Shown: positions 12,927-26,580, counted from the whole stretch's first letter. The stretch: DNA of 62,689 bases, filler included, from Dugesia japonica (GCA_001938525.1; 5 parts of 5 records of this genome joined end to end with filler, not necessarily neighbours in it); one strand, 5' to 3'. Numbers and translations: made by a program. The notes: generated by a model from the sequence alone, not told the origin.

Positions 12927-15900
12927 CACATTAAAATGTTCTCATATTATAATAAGAAATAACGATTTATTTCTAAATATAAATTAATTCCGGTAAATAA
13001 GATCAATTAAATTTGTTTTCAACTTTACATAGCTATTTTAAATTTTTAATATTTGAAATAAAATATTATTTCAGTATTTATTTCTACATTAGAATTTCAA
13101 TTTGTTTTTTCTAAATATAATAAAATCACAAATTTAAAATGGCGGCAGTATTTTTAAGATAACATGAAATTTTTAAATATTTATAGAATTTGACACAAGA
13201 TAAAAAGAAACTAATAAAATGAATATTTTTAAATTTATTTCTCATGTAAAGCTATGATACGCTAGTAAGACATCTTTATTTTAATGGGTTATTTATTTAC
13301 TACAGTATTTAAACATATCAAATGAGATAATGTTAATTTGATAACAAACATATATCAAAAGTAATTTTCATGTATCTATTAATATCTTTTCATACAATGT
13401 AAATAATTTAAAGAATTAATGGTATGTTATTTTTAATAAATTTTAGGCATCTGGGAATAATAGTGAAGTTACAAATTCAATTCAAGAAAAAACTATTGAG
13501 ATTTTGAAACCTTATATTGATAAATTAAAAAAATTTCAACGTTTTCAAGTAAGTTATTTTACTGTATTATTTATAATTTTTCATGGTTTTAAAAATTTTT
13601 CAATATTTTTTGTAATATATCATTAATCTGTATTTGTAAAGGATTTCACATTAGATTAAAATTAATGTATTCTTTTTAATATATTTTAAATCATCTTTAT
13701 TATATTTTGAAATTGCTTCAAATTGTTTCTTCGTTTCGTAAACCAAACTTTTTGAAACCTAGAAGACATTTTACTGTTACACACGTTATTGTCACTGCGG
13801 CAGTAACTGCATATTTTCACTCTACCATCATGTTCACAGCATTGAATCACCTTCAAAGGGAGAATCAATCGTGCTTAATTTAATGCAGCTTAGGGTATCC
13901 ATAAGTTCGTAGACTCTCAATGAGTTCTTCTTTTTCGACTTATTTTTCTGTCATATAAGTGAAATTTTGTTCTGATGTTAAAACGTACATTCTCAAAAGT
14001 CATGATCTAATTTGTATATTGTTAAATAATTTTGCAAATTTAATGCAGGTTTGGCATATTTCATCATATATTTCGTTTACATACTTTTTTGCACCGATTT
14101 AAATTATTCATGCCTTTTTTACGGCAATGAAAATGGAAGAAAATTGCTAATTGACTTAATTAGATTTCATTGGAAAGAGGGACTAGTAGAACAAGCAACA
14201 GCAGCGGAAATTTGTGCGTAGAAGGTAAGCGAATCATCAGCCATGTTACAATATCAAATTTTTTCTCACTCTTCAATAGCGGAGACTTTTGTCTTAGTGA
14301 TTGTTAGATGAGTTTGAAATACTCATCGGTACATTAATGTCAAAACTCAATTCCATAGAAAATTTATTCACAAAACAAAACTATATCCAACATTATTTGT
14401 TTATTCAAACAAATTAAAATTTCATGTTTTAATTGATCATTTTTCAAATATTAAATTTTACACAAAAGTTTTACTTTATTATTAAATCGTCATTTAAAAT
14501 TTTAAAAATACTCATACGATATTTAACTTTTCATCTAAAATTTCAATATTTTTAAATAAAAAGATTTTATGAAAAATGATCACCAACCACACAAAAATTT
14601 CAACTCGATTTTCAAACATACTCTCACAGTGAAAAATTACGTTAAGAAGACAAACGACATTGAATCCATATGTCCTTTACAAAGCAGATAAGCCAATGCA
14701 AGAACTAACACATGTCAATTATCAGATAAACTTCGTACTTCAAAATAATCCACACATCATTACTTCATCTTCTTAGGGAAAATGAACAGAATCTATTGAG
14801 TTTTACCACATTATTTGTCCCCTTATAAAAGCAAACTGGCGCGTGGAAGTGTTTCGTAAACGTCTAGACAATTCTCAGTACAATCGTTTCTTTAAACGAA
14901 TTGTCAGATAGCCAATCTTTACTCGGAACAACTGAAAACAATGTATGCAATTTCTGTCCATAATTTTTTTTGCAACAAAACAGCGCACTACTGAACGTCT
15001 CTTGAACTACTCGTCAGAAAGTTTAAGACCTGGATGGCATCGATCTTCTACCCCTTCCAGCCTATAGTCCGGAACTAGCACTTTCTGTTCAGGTCTATGG
15101 CTCATTTTTACGAAGTTGACAGTTCGTGAATATTCAGCAAGTTGAAACTGGGATTCGAGAATTTTTTCCTTTTAAAGAAGCAGCATGATATCGCCGCATA
15201 ATTTAGAATTGAGTGAAGGATGGCAAAAGACCATAACACAATGAATATTAATTATGTTTGTATTTTTATATGATTTTTTAAAATTTTATCAATAAGTGTC
15301 TGAACTTATGGGACACTCTATTATATTATTAATTTGTTGTATTTTATTGTAAGATTATTTTACGAAAAGTATTTCTCAAAAAAAAAAATGATAATTATGT
15401 ACTTATCTTTAATATAACTGTATCCAAAAAGTGGATAATTTCATATAAAACAAGAGATTGTTTGTTGTTGATTTCTATTAAAAATTTAAATAAAAAAAAT
15501 ATAATTAAATTGAACAAGTCATCTTCCAATGTTTTTCAGCTGGCGTATTAATTTTCTTTATACTAATATTCATTTGCTGTTATTAACTATATAAGAAACA
15601 AGGTAAATTGCACACGGTTTTACTTAAATAAGGTATTATATTATTTATTATCTCGTTTCAGAATGAAGCAGTTACAAAGTTTTGTGAAGAAATCAATAAT
15701 TTATGTAAAAGACGTAAAAGAGAAGAATTTTTATCAGAAGCAAATATGTTAGCGATGTGTAATATGTTAAAGATGTTCGTATTGATTGATGAGATGAAAA
15801 ATATGAAAGCCGGAATGAAAAATGATCATACTCAATATAAAAGGTATCAGAAATATTTATGAATAAATCATATTTTAAATTTAAAAAAATAATAATTATA

Positions 15901-18900
15901 AAACAGAATTTGGAATTCATTCGGAATTACATTCTCTAAAATTAGAATTTTACAAAATAAATACAATATTTAAATAATAATCTCTAATTAATTATGTCAT
16001 TCATGTCAATTACATAATACTTTTGTAAATATTATTCTGATTTTCGATTACATTTCAACAAAATATTTTTACATGTATTCTACGAATATTTTAACACACG
16101 TTTGACTTTAAAAACTTACATTCTATATTTAAAATATTATGAAAATGAATAAAATTTATTTTCGCAATTGTTATCGGAGCAAAAAAGTTATTAATTGTAT
16201 GGTTTGGCACTCTTCTCAACAAAGCTATATAAATCGAATTATATACTTCTAAATTGAATAAAAATGGTTGCCTCATCTATTGACTGAAATAAATAAAGTA
16301 CAAGGATTATCCATCGGCAATCGTTGCTTATTAAATGACAAAGACTCTTCTTAATCGGAATGTCGCTGGTGATGAGAAATGGCTACGACAATTCTAAACA
16401 AAAAAGGTCATGGCTTTCACCAGACCAAACTTCAAAACCGAACATCCTTGGAATAAAGATATTACTTAGCGGATGGTGGAATGTACATGGAAACATCCAC
16501 TATGAACTGCTGGCAACTAAAAAAATATTATTGTTTTTTTTAGTTTCATTTGAAAGTAGACAACAAAATTGAATGAAATCTTTGATTAAAATGTCATTCC
16601 AAAAATGCAAAACAGAAAATCCTTGTCAACATTTTTCTTTATCTATTTTTTCTAAAGTTCTTTTATTAGTGTATAAACAACTTGTTTTAAAAACAAATTA
16701 ATTTTAAATTTTTAAAATATATATTCTTTATCTTTATCATGTATTTTGCAATACTTTTCAACAATCTCTTGTATGTTGATAGATTATTTTTCATTATCAT
16801 TTGCTATTAGTTTTTAAACTACATAAAACTTGTTTATATTGGTCCGAAAACCTCTTAACTCAATTATATTTGAAATATTTCTTGGGGTCGTGTTTAATCA
16901 GTATAACAACCTGAAATTTATTTTTAAATATAAATACTGGAGTCAAGAACACTACATTCATGGCTGCCCTAGTAACTCTTTTCAAATCAAACATCTGGAG
17001 TTACTTTTTTTATTAATTGTCCATCGCAGTCCTTGTCTATGCACTTATATCTAAAAACAGTACTATTATTTTTANNNNNNNNNNNNNNNNNNNNNNNNNN
17101 NNNNNNNNNNNNNNNNNNNNNNNNNNNNNNATTTTAATCTAAATCTGTGTCTTTTTTTGTTTCGTCTTATCTAGTAATAGAGTTTTTTAAATGTTTAAAA
17201 ATATGTTAATTTAAACAAATTATAAATCTAATTAAACTATTAGGATGAGTCATAAATTCGCTAGCACTTTTTTGCTTTGTATTGCATTCAATAAAACTCA
17301 GTAAATATTATTTATATATTTATCGGTATACATTTATAAAAAGCAATTGAAATGCTCTTTATTTTGTTTTAATAATTTGTTCCGAAGCAATTANAAAACA
17401 CATTTGATGATTTTTAGAAAAATAATGAAAAACATGGAAATTAAAACATACATCAGCAATAACCAAACGTAAAATTCATGAGATGAATTCCATTTAACTT
17501 CTTCCACATCTTTCTTATTCTCCAGACTTGGTCCCATCTGATTTTCATCAATTTAGATCTATGGAACATTTCTTGCGTGGAAGAAACTTTATCAATCTAG
17601 AAAATGTGGATATTGAGTGTCGCAAATTTTTTTGTCTAAAGAAGGATGATGTTTTGTGGAATTGAGGAACTTGCGCAACATTGGATTCAATGTGTTGAAC
17701 ATAATGGTGTTTTTTTTTGAAATATAATCTTTTTTGGTTGTTCAGTTATTTCTGTTAAAAGTTTTGATTAAATGTGCCCACAAACTTATGGCTCACCCTA
17801 ATATATATTCATGAAAGCATTTGAATTTTGATTTAATTCATATTATGTTATAAGATATTACATTATAACTATTAAAATACGGTAAATTTTAATATAATAA
17901 AGGAAACTTATTTACCAAAGAAAAAATTATTAAATTAAGAGACAATTTATTAAATGTCCATCATTAATTATTAAATATACAACTATTTTTGATTATTTTT
18001 ATTAAAGGATTTCTTTAATATTTTAGAGCTGCACAACATTTGAAAATTCAAGATTCTACTGATGCAACTGAATTTTCAATGTATTTGGCTCAGCAAAATG
18101 TTTTACGATGTGATTTGAAAAAGGAGTTAATTAAAATACCCGGTTTCGAAGATTTCTTCGTCGAATTAATTAATCTTTGTGTATCAATGTATTTAGAAAA
18201 ATTTTATCTCTATCAAGAGGAGAAGCATACATTAGTTTTGGTATTTCTTTTTTTAAAATAATTTTTCTTAATTGTCATCTTTTTTATATTTTTTATTAAG
18301 ATGTTATCATATTTTTACTATATTACTCCTATTATATTACAAACTTTATTAATGTGCAAACTTAACAAACATAAGTTTACAAATTATCAGTTTTATTAGC
18401 ATATGCGTAATAAATAATAATTACTTTTGTTACTACCTTAACTTAAAATATTATCACTGACTCATTACTTTGTTGCAGTGTCGTGTAAAGTATGTGTTGC
18501 AAAATAATAAGGAAAATATCTAAATTGCTAATATATTTAAGTTTTGTAATTTACATATATAATATTACAAAAACGATTTTGTTTTAAATTTAAAGTTTTA
18601 CCGGGTTTTTCAACATTCAGTCACCTGGATTTTAGCATCTTTTGGGAGTTTATTTACAAATTATTTATCGAAACTATTCGATGTTCTTTTTCATTTATTA
18701 TTTTTTTAAATTGTTTATTACGTTTTAAAAATTTTGCCGCCGGAAAAAATTGTCGTGGTTTGATGTACCGCGATTCGAAAAAAGTTGCTTTATTTGCTAC
18801 AAATAAATCTTCGAAAATCCATTTTTTAAACATTTTAAAGTTTTATAATTCAATATATATAAGGTATGTCTCAAAAGTAGTGAGACTGGTTGAGTGAAAT

Positions 18901-19867
18901 GATACATATCATAAAATGTTTAGCATAATTAAATAATGTAGAAATTCATGATCATTTTAATATATATATTTATTTTAATATTACTTAAATAAATCGTGAT
19001 ACTTTCAAATTACAAAAATAGAATGGCCAAATTTTTAAAATCAAATAATATGGACTAGAGATGTAACATTAAATTTGGCTTTCGGTGGGAAAAATTGTTA
19101 AGAAAACAGAAGAAATGTGGCATCAAGCGTTGTCTATCCGTTAATATCTTACTAAGAAACGCATTGTAGTCATGCATCGTCCTTCGCACTCTCCGGATTT
19201 GTCACAATGAGATTTCACATTGTCTAATATCCTGAAAAACCCGATGAGGGAGACTTGATTATTATCGGTAGAACAAATTCAAAGTACATGCATCAGAATA
19301 CTAAAATCGGTCATCCAGTTTCAATGTTTTCACAGTTTTCTTAAAGATGGAAAAATCTGCATTATCGGAAGGAGTCACGTTTCTTGATTAAAGTACATGT
19401 ATTTGTGTTCGTTTCCTTGTTTATATAATTTTTTATTGAAACAGTCTCACTACTTTTGAGACACATCTTGTATATATACTAAAATATTTTTTTAAAATTT
19501 TACAGGTTGTGGCCTTTTCTCTTTATTTAATGGATACTGATAGCAATCCAGCAATAAATATTAATAAAATGAAAAAGCTCTCTCTTTCGAAAATCGACCA
19601 AATATTTAAAGTATGTTTTTTGCTTGGAAAAAATTGTTAATGTAAATTTTGTAGGAATGTGAAGTAGTTAATGTATTCGGTGACATGAGTATTTCTCCAT
19701 TTGGGTTTATAAAATCCACACCTAATTATGACCCGAATAAATGGCCAGAAAGCACGAATAATAAAATATCAACACAAGGTCTTATAATGAATCATATTTT
19801 GCAATTTAGGTTGGATTGAAATTCTTTCAAATGACCAGAAAAAAAATGATTTAATTTCTTTGAAAAC

Positions 19868-19927
<60 letters not shown>

Positions 19928-22900
19928 TGAAAATAAAAAAGTAATAATGATAATACGAATTTATCAAGATAATTAAATTAATGTAAGGTGGAAAATATAA
20001 TAACATTCAATTGAAATAACCAGTAATTCTAAATAAGTAAAATGAATAAATTTAAAATAATATAAATGGATAATATCCAAGAATGTAATGTGATGTATTC
20101 ATTTATATCATAGGTTCTCAAACTTATTTGGTTTAATGTCTCTTCATAAAAAACCACACGGTACCACTAAAAAATTTTATCTTTAAAATGTTAATTAAAA
20201 AATAATTACTAACATATTTATGTCTACGAAGAGTATCACAGGCTTGCTGTCTTCTATGCTTTAAAATTTTTATGCGTAAACTTAAAACATTAAAGTAGTT
20301 TTATTAATTCAAAATGAAGAATCCGACTGGTGCATTAGTGAAGCTATGACTACAATATAAAATCGTACTTTTAAATACAATATTACTTTTATATTAAAAA
20401 ATTCTAATTATAAAATTTACATTTATCTTGCCCATAAGACTTTTGACCGCACATATGGCATATTCGTCAACATCGTTGGCCATTTCATCAATTNGCCGCT
20501 GCATTGTGTTATTGCTCATGAGTATAAATTTGATTATATCATCTCCTTGAATGTGCAATACATTACATTAGACTTTTCTAAAACCTTGAATATTCAATTT
20601 CTCTCCAATTCTACGTGGTTTTCCCGATTTAGCAATAAGTAATGAAATGTTATAGGAGGTGCGTAATACGTCCACATCTTGCTTTGATACAGCTAAAACA
20701 TGTCGTTAACAGTAGGTTGTTTTATTAACTTAGTTTTCATTTCTTGAAAAAATGTTAAATCTTGATCTTTTTATCTGGATGTATTATTTCCAAATGTTCT
20801 TTTAATTTTGAGGGTCTCATACATTCATTAGAAAAAACTTAAATAAACAAGATACATTGACAATAATTTTTTTGTTGATGGAATAAAGCCATACTTAAAA
20901 TAACATATGCTGTATTGTCTACATTTCTTTTATTCAGACTGGAGTCTTTGTCATCAATAATATTGAGGGATAAAAAATAACAAATATTTTTTAATAATTA
21001 TTTGTTATAATAAATAAAAATATTAATTGATTTTCCAATTTTCCAATATAAAAGCACAGATGCAATTATTATTACAGTTAATGATTTTAACGTATTGTTA
21101 TAAAAAACAACATTTTGGCTTGAGAAATATAAAAAAAATAATTCTACAGTTAAAATTTCAAATAAACAGGATGGTTTAATACACGTTCTTAAAGTTTGTT
21201 GGATAATACATGGCTTTTGTGTACCTTTTTTAGTAAATGATAATATCTTTAGCGTCTGATATATTTATTATTTTTTCTATTGTAGAAGCAATAAACACCA
21301 AAAACGTCTGATTAGAATAGGTGATCTTGTTCTCTTAATATTATAATTTTTTAGCTTTTGAGATGTATTTTTAAGTCAGTGTTGGTATAGAATTAGTATT
21401 TGTTGAGCCCTTTGGATCGATTTATAAATTATTTACGTGTAATGTCTATAGATCAATAGATAAACTTAAAAAAATGTATGATTTGTAAAAATAGCTTTAA
21501 AATATTTTATATTATTACTGAGACTTTACAGCTCTCAAATATTCTAAAATTTTCCAGACCCCCTTTATTCACTCCAATACCGCCATAGGGGGTCGTGTTA
21601 AACAGTCTGGCAACCTATGCTGTATATATTAGGTGTCCGTAAAGTTCTTTAACTATTAAATAAAAAGCAATTTTTAAGATACAGAAAATCTTTATTCTAA
21701 AACATATTGACCATTATTATCGACAATTTGTTGCCGTGTCAGTCAATATCATGATTCCGTTTTTTATAAAACTTCTGATTTCGTTCAAGGAAAAATATTT
21801 CCAGATACGTTTTGATACTATCATCTGAGGTAAAAGTTTTCCTAGGTAAAATGTTTTGCAGAGACCGAAACATGTAGTAATCTGATGGTACCACATTGGG
21901 ACTATATAGCGGGTGGAGCAGCAAATTTTATTCAAGTTCCAGTAATTTTTGTCGAGTATTCGAAGATATGTGAGGCTTTGCGTTGTCTTGATGGAAAACA
22001 ACATCTCAACGATTTAATAAATTTGGACGTTTCTGCTACAATGAATCTTTTAATTTGTTTAATTGCTAACAATGAACATTCGAGTTGAGCTAATGGAAGC
22101 CTTTCATACAGTTCCTATTAAATCTGCACAGTAGCACCAGCAGTAAAATATTAATGAATTTATTTTTACACTGTTTCTGCGCACTTTGATTTTTTCCTGC
22201 GCGGAACATTGATCTAATTACGTCTTAAGAGCATATCGCAAATATTGCTTGTTTATTGATTAACTGAATTTTCTTCAATTCACATGGAATCCAAATATCA
22301 AACTTTACGTATCCACTGGTCACTAACAGTTGTTTTTTGATAATTTTTAATACTATTAACTATTTCTCGAACTGTTGAGTGTTTTATCTACCTCAATGAT
22401 AGCTTTCACTTGATCCTTATAAGTTTCCTATGGCTTATCGGAATGGACGAAATAGACAAGAAATAAATAATTTATACATATTTTGGCAAGTACTTTCTGT
22501 TACTGCTTCTAAACCATATACATTACAAAATTTTCGTGTGAGCATTTGTAACTGATTTGCCTTTCTTGAAATAAAATATCAAATTTGTCGTTAATATACT
22601 TTTATACTGCCCATTTGAAAATGGCGCTAACCAAATGTAATCAAACCAAATAAACTAAAATATTTAAACATAGTTAACATTATTATTAATAAATATGTAT
22701 TTCAGATTTATTACTTTCACAAAAACGTAAAAAGTTATCAAGCCGTGCGTTTCTGAAAACCAAAAGAACTTTCCAGAAAACATAATAAATATGAAATAAA
22801 TTTATAATTTTATTTAATATTTTTCGCTCATTTCGTTACTCCTAAACATAATAAAGTAATTTGTTTATTATGTATTTTCATATAATCTTACAGGAAAATC

Positions 22901-24322
22901 TGTGATAATATTTTTTAGAATATAAATCACATAAATATTAATATTATACTTTATATTAATCTAAAATATATCAGTCTTCTTAGTCGATAAGTTATAAAAA
23001 AATTTAACACATTGATTTATAAAAATTTCGTATTTTTATTTTTGATGTTAAAATTAATTATTAAAGTATTTTCATGAACTTAATTATTTTCTTATTGATT
23101 AGAGCGGAATATACTAGTCTAACCGCCGAATTAGCAAGATATTCCAATTCAAATGTAATAAACCAAAATGAAGAATCAAAGGAAAATAATAAATCTGCTT
23201 ACGATTTAGCATTGAAGTCTTTGCAATTACTTTCTAAATGGACGACCCAAATCATAGATACAGTAATTAATATATTTTCTGTAATTAAATTAAATCGAAA
23301 CTATACAGCAAGTAAATAAACATTCGTTTTATTTCGCTCATTTAAATTCCATTTCAATTATAATTATATTTTTAAAAATAATGCTTACTCCATCCCATAA
23401 AAAAGTGGATTTAATAATTTTAATTTAGATAAACATTTAATCTCGTAAATATTGGCTACTTCATTCTACTTAGTACAGGATTTTTTACTCCAAATAATCT
23501 TTAAAAACCCGATATACCTCTGATTCCGATAACAATTTCAACATGTAATCTTATAAATTTATTATTTTTTTAAAAATAAATTACAAGAAATTATCATTGC
23601 ATTGTATCATTTAAACATGATTTTTATATTTCACAATCTATATAAATAAAATGTAAATTTCGTTTGCTTCTCTCGTGGACAATTTTATGTTGCGTGTTCT
23701 AGAGTAATTTTTAAATATAAACAAATAATAGGACAACAAAAAATATTGTATATTCACATGCATTTTTTTCTGTTTCATTCAACCAAACTGAGCCAAAGCA
23801 ACGCGTGGCCGGGTATGGCTAGTTTATAATAAAAATATATTTTGCAGTTTTAGATATTAATATTGAAAATTTTTAATATTTAAATATAGTGTAATATTTC
23901 TGTTTAAAATGGATTTTTTCATAATTAAAATTGTTTTTAAAAAATTATTTTTAGTTTAGTTGGAAACTTGGACATCTTGCAGATTCACATGTGAATGTAG
24001 AAATTCCAAAAGACGCAGAAGACTATGAAAAAGTAAATATATGTTTTAAAATATCAATTTTATTTAAATAATGCAGGCAACTCGTTATAATTATGATTCA
24101 CAAGAAAAATTTGCTTTAATAGAAGTTATTGCAATGATTAAAACAATTCAAACTCAATTAAGTCGAATGGAATGTCATTTTATGGAAACTGTTATACCTT
24201 ATATATATACAGAAATGCAGACATTTTTGCACATTACTATTCATGAAATATTTAATAAAATTCCTAAGAAAACTCAATTACCATTTATTGTTCAGTCTTT
24301 GTGGGCTATTGGATCTGATCCA
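11464..24322 (+). CDS. CYFIP: Cytoplasmic FMR1-interacting protein (CYFIP/Sra-1/PIR121), N-terminal 10 exons; the remainder is cut off by the end of the assembly piece
   Basis: Exons 11464-11580, 11630-11797, 13447-13548, 15662-15843, 18027-18240, 19506-19610, 19655-19809, 23103-23262, 23955-24032 and 24077-24322, all GT-AG with compatible phases. They encode ALSNV, MLYTWRSCSRALP, DEMKNMKAGMKNDHTQYKRAAQ, FGDM, ELARYSNS, FSWKL and ATRYNYDSQEKFALIEVIAMIK, colinear with known CYFIP. Confidence 0.95.
12889..12922. repeat. (TA)n microsatellite
   Basis: Directly visible. Confidence 0.95.
13891..15320 (+). mobile_element. Decayed mariner element in CYFIP intron 3, with a nested insertion (~14300-14620)
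   Basis: TIRs tagggtatccataagttc / gaacttatgggacactcta; transposase remnant near 15050-15110 reads LPLPAYSPELALS..RSMAHFL (YSPDL motif). Confidence 0.8.
16250..16530 (+). mobile_element. Mariner transposase fragment
   Basis: RNVAGDEKWL and KILLSGWWNVHGNIHYELL match mariner catalytic-domain motifs. Confidence 0.7.
17241..17800 (+). mobile_element. Internally deleted mariner (MITE-like)
   Basis: Imperfect TIRs taggatgagtcataaattcg / caaacttatggctcacccta; remnant LPHLSYSPDLVPSDFHQFRSMEHFLRGRNF. Confidence 0.8.
18860..19470 (+). mobile_element. Internally deleted mariner with ~27-bp TIRs
   Basis: TIRs tgtctcaaaagtagtgagactg / cagtctcactacttttgagaca with TA-rich flanks; remnant MHRPSHSPDLSQ*DF. 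Confidence 0.85.
19866..19922. repeat. (AAT)n microsatellite
   Basis: Directly visible. Confidence 0.95.
20109..21619. mobile_element. Non-autonomous hAT-like element
   Basis: Ends cataggttctcaaact / agtctggcaacctatg are imperfect TIRs. Flanks atttatat / ctgtatat resemble a degenerate 8-bp TSD. Confidence 0.55.
21629..22785 (-). mobile_element. Decayed near full-length mariner
   Basis: ORF LLHPLYSPNVVPSDYYMFRSLQNIL; imperfect TIRs taggtgtccgtaaagttcttt / aaagaactttccagaaaacata. Confidence 0.85.
23637..23822 (+). mobile_element. Miniature non-autonomous Helitron (186 bp)
   Basis: Sits between A and T, starts TCTATATAAATAAAA, and ends with GC-rich GCAACGCGTGGCCGGGTATGG followed by CTAG. No TSD. 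Confidence 0.75.
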
Positions 24323-24444
24323 GTAATATTATTGTTTTTCATTTTCATCTTGTTCTTAAAAGATGTTTCATTTTATTTAAAATTTATCTGTTATATTCAA
24401 ATATTAAAAAAACCATTAATATATTCTGAATTTATGTTTTATGA

Positions 24445-24507
24445 AATTATTATTATTATTCTTATTCTGATTATTATTATTATTATTACTATTATTATTA
24501 TTATTAC

Positions 24508-24543
<36 letters not shown>
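24445..24543. repeat. (ATT)n microsatellite at the end of an assembly piece
   Basis: Directly visible; explains the poly-Ile tail of ORF 24071-24595. Confidence 0.95.
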
Positions 24544-24643
24544 NNNNNNNNNNNNNNNNNNNNNNNNNNNNNNNNNNNNNNNNNNNNTTAATTAATTAAN
24601 NNNNNNNNNNNNNNNNNNNNNNNNNNNNNNNNNNNNNNNNNNN
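24544..24643. other. Artificial assembly linker 44N-TTAATTAATTAA-44N (also at 32869-32968, 42800-42899 and 52009-52108)
   Basis: Four identical 100-nt blocks; the 12-mer puts stop codons in all six frames. Confidence 0.95.
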
Positions 24644-25161
24644 TGTTTATATTCACGTAAACACTCGGTCTACCATCCATTGCATTATATTTAATTATTG
24701 AATCAGTTTCATTCATCGTACATAACTCAGTGCCTAACTCAGTATTGATTGTATATAATTTTTTATACTTTATAATTGCTGCTATTGAATTAAAACTTTC
24801 ATTGGTTGTGAGATTATACAAATTATTATTATTAATATTAGAAATATTATCAANAATAAAATATTCATTATTTATATTATTTACATATTTAGATAAATTT
24901 AAATCAAACATACAATCACATTCAATCTTATTCAAACAATTTTTACTCAGAAGATGACTTTATAATAATAACTCAGCAAAATTGTTGGGTTCTCAAACAA
25001 TCTAATTCAACTAATTAATTGACAATTACAAATATTATTTATTATAATATTTTGTGATCCCTAGTGAATATTATTTACTATCATTTAAAATAAAAGCTTT
25101 TATCAAATTTTTATCAAAGCTTTTATTTTAAATGAATTCTAAAAAAACGATCAATGGTTAC

Positions 25162-25476
25162 CAGTGGTGTAACTACAATTTTCGGCGCCCAAAGCAAAGT
25201 ACAAATTTTCGACCTTCTCCTTAGGTGCAATTTTTTGTATTTTTTTCATGGGAATAATCAAACTAAATTTTATGACTCTGTTTTTATATTAATATTGAAT
25301 TGGAAAAAAATAAAAGCAATTTAAATTTCTCAATAAATCCATTTTAAACTTTTTTTATTTTATAAATTCATAAACAAATTTTTCTTGCCTTGACCGATGC
25401 AAATTTATCAACAACATCATCAAAATTAATTTTATCAACAGTATTTTTCTCAATGCTTAAAAATGTTACGCCACTG
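25162..25476 (-). mobile_element. hAT MITE with perfect 8-bp TSD, retaining a transposase C-terminal remnant
   Basis: TIRs cagtggtgtaac / gttacgccactg; TSD ATGGTTAC at 25154-25161 and 25477-25484; minus strand reads LSIEKNTVDKINFDDVVDKFASVKARK. Confidence 0.9.
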
Positions 25477-26379
25477 ATGGTTACGTCCAAAAATTATCCT
25501 CGCAATAATTGCAATTGTAAATACTATCATTTATTCATAATTTTGTTATTTATTGATTTTTGATTAGTTTTTCCAAGTTATTGATTGTTATTTGATTTTA
25601 ATGATATATGATATGGATTTTGATTTTATATATTGATATTATGATTTGATTTTAATTTTATAATAATATTTTTATTTAAAATTTCTGTGAATTATTTGTT
25701 AATTATTCCCAATTTAAGTTAATTAGTTTGTCCTAAATTGGAGTTAATTAGACTTTGTGATGAATGTGATTTTTATTTTTTGTGAGAATATTTGCTGACA
25801 TTATTACTTTTTACTTTTCAGGTATACTTAGTGATCTTTCATTTCAATTAACCCCTTTAAAATCGGTGCAGTAGCCAATAAGGTGAAAACCCTAAGGTTT
25901 GACCGAGGCGAAACAGTAATAATTTTTTTAGCGCATTAAGTTGTTTGTGACTTAAAAATTATATTGTATTGCAACTGAATAATATTTTTTAAGGCAAATT
26001 TTTATGTATTATTAAATAAATATATTTAAATATAAAAAATTACGAAGTTGACTATTTATAAATTCAACAAAAGCAACGAACCCTTATTAAATTAGGTGCA
26101 GGTTTAATCGCTCCAATCACATATTTTAAGTAAAATATGATTACACTATTGTAATTTTCCTTTACAACTGACATTAGAGGTTCTTGTCTTTTTGCGTATT
26201 TAGCAATAATCCTTTGCTCAAATATTACTCCGACTTTTATAAGGATACCGTTAAAAATTGTCCTGGCATATTATAAGTATTTGTAAAGCCAAATATTATA
26301 TAATAAATTTAAACATGTGACATTTGTTTAAGTCTTTGCTGTTTAAATCTTTATTTATTAAATAATATATAAAATCAAA

Positions 26380-26580
26380 ATGTCAATTCAAAAATATATT
26401 CCAAAAAGCCAATATTTGTGGGAGATCCTGCTTCATTATAATATTACCAAGAAAATTTCAGCGGAAACGTACTGCCTGCTTGTAGAGATTTATAGTGAGT
26501 ATACTCCTTCACCTACAACATATAATGATTGGTTTTGTCGATTTAGAAATGACGATTATAATATCAAGGATAAATAGCTT
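26380..26580 (+). mobile_element. Mos1-like mariner transposase N-terminus (truncated)
   Basis: KKISAETYCLLVEIYSEYTPSPTTYNDWFCRFRNDDYNIKDK matches the mariner HTH region. Confidence 0.75.

Noticed and set aside
24323-24595. Hydrophobic poly-Ile C-terminus of ORF 24071-24595
   Set aside because: Read-through into the CYFIP intron and the (ATT)n microsatellite.
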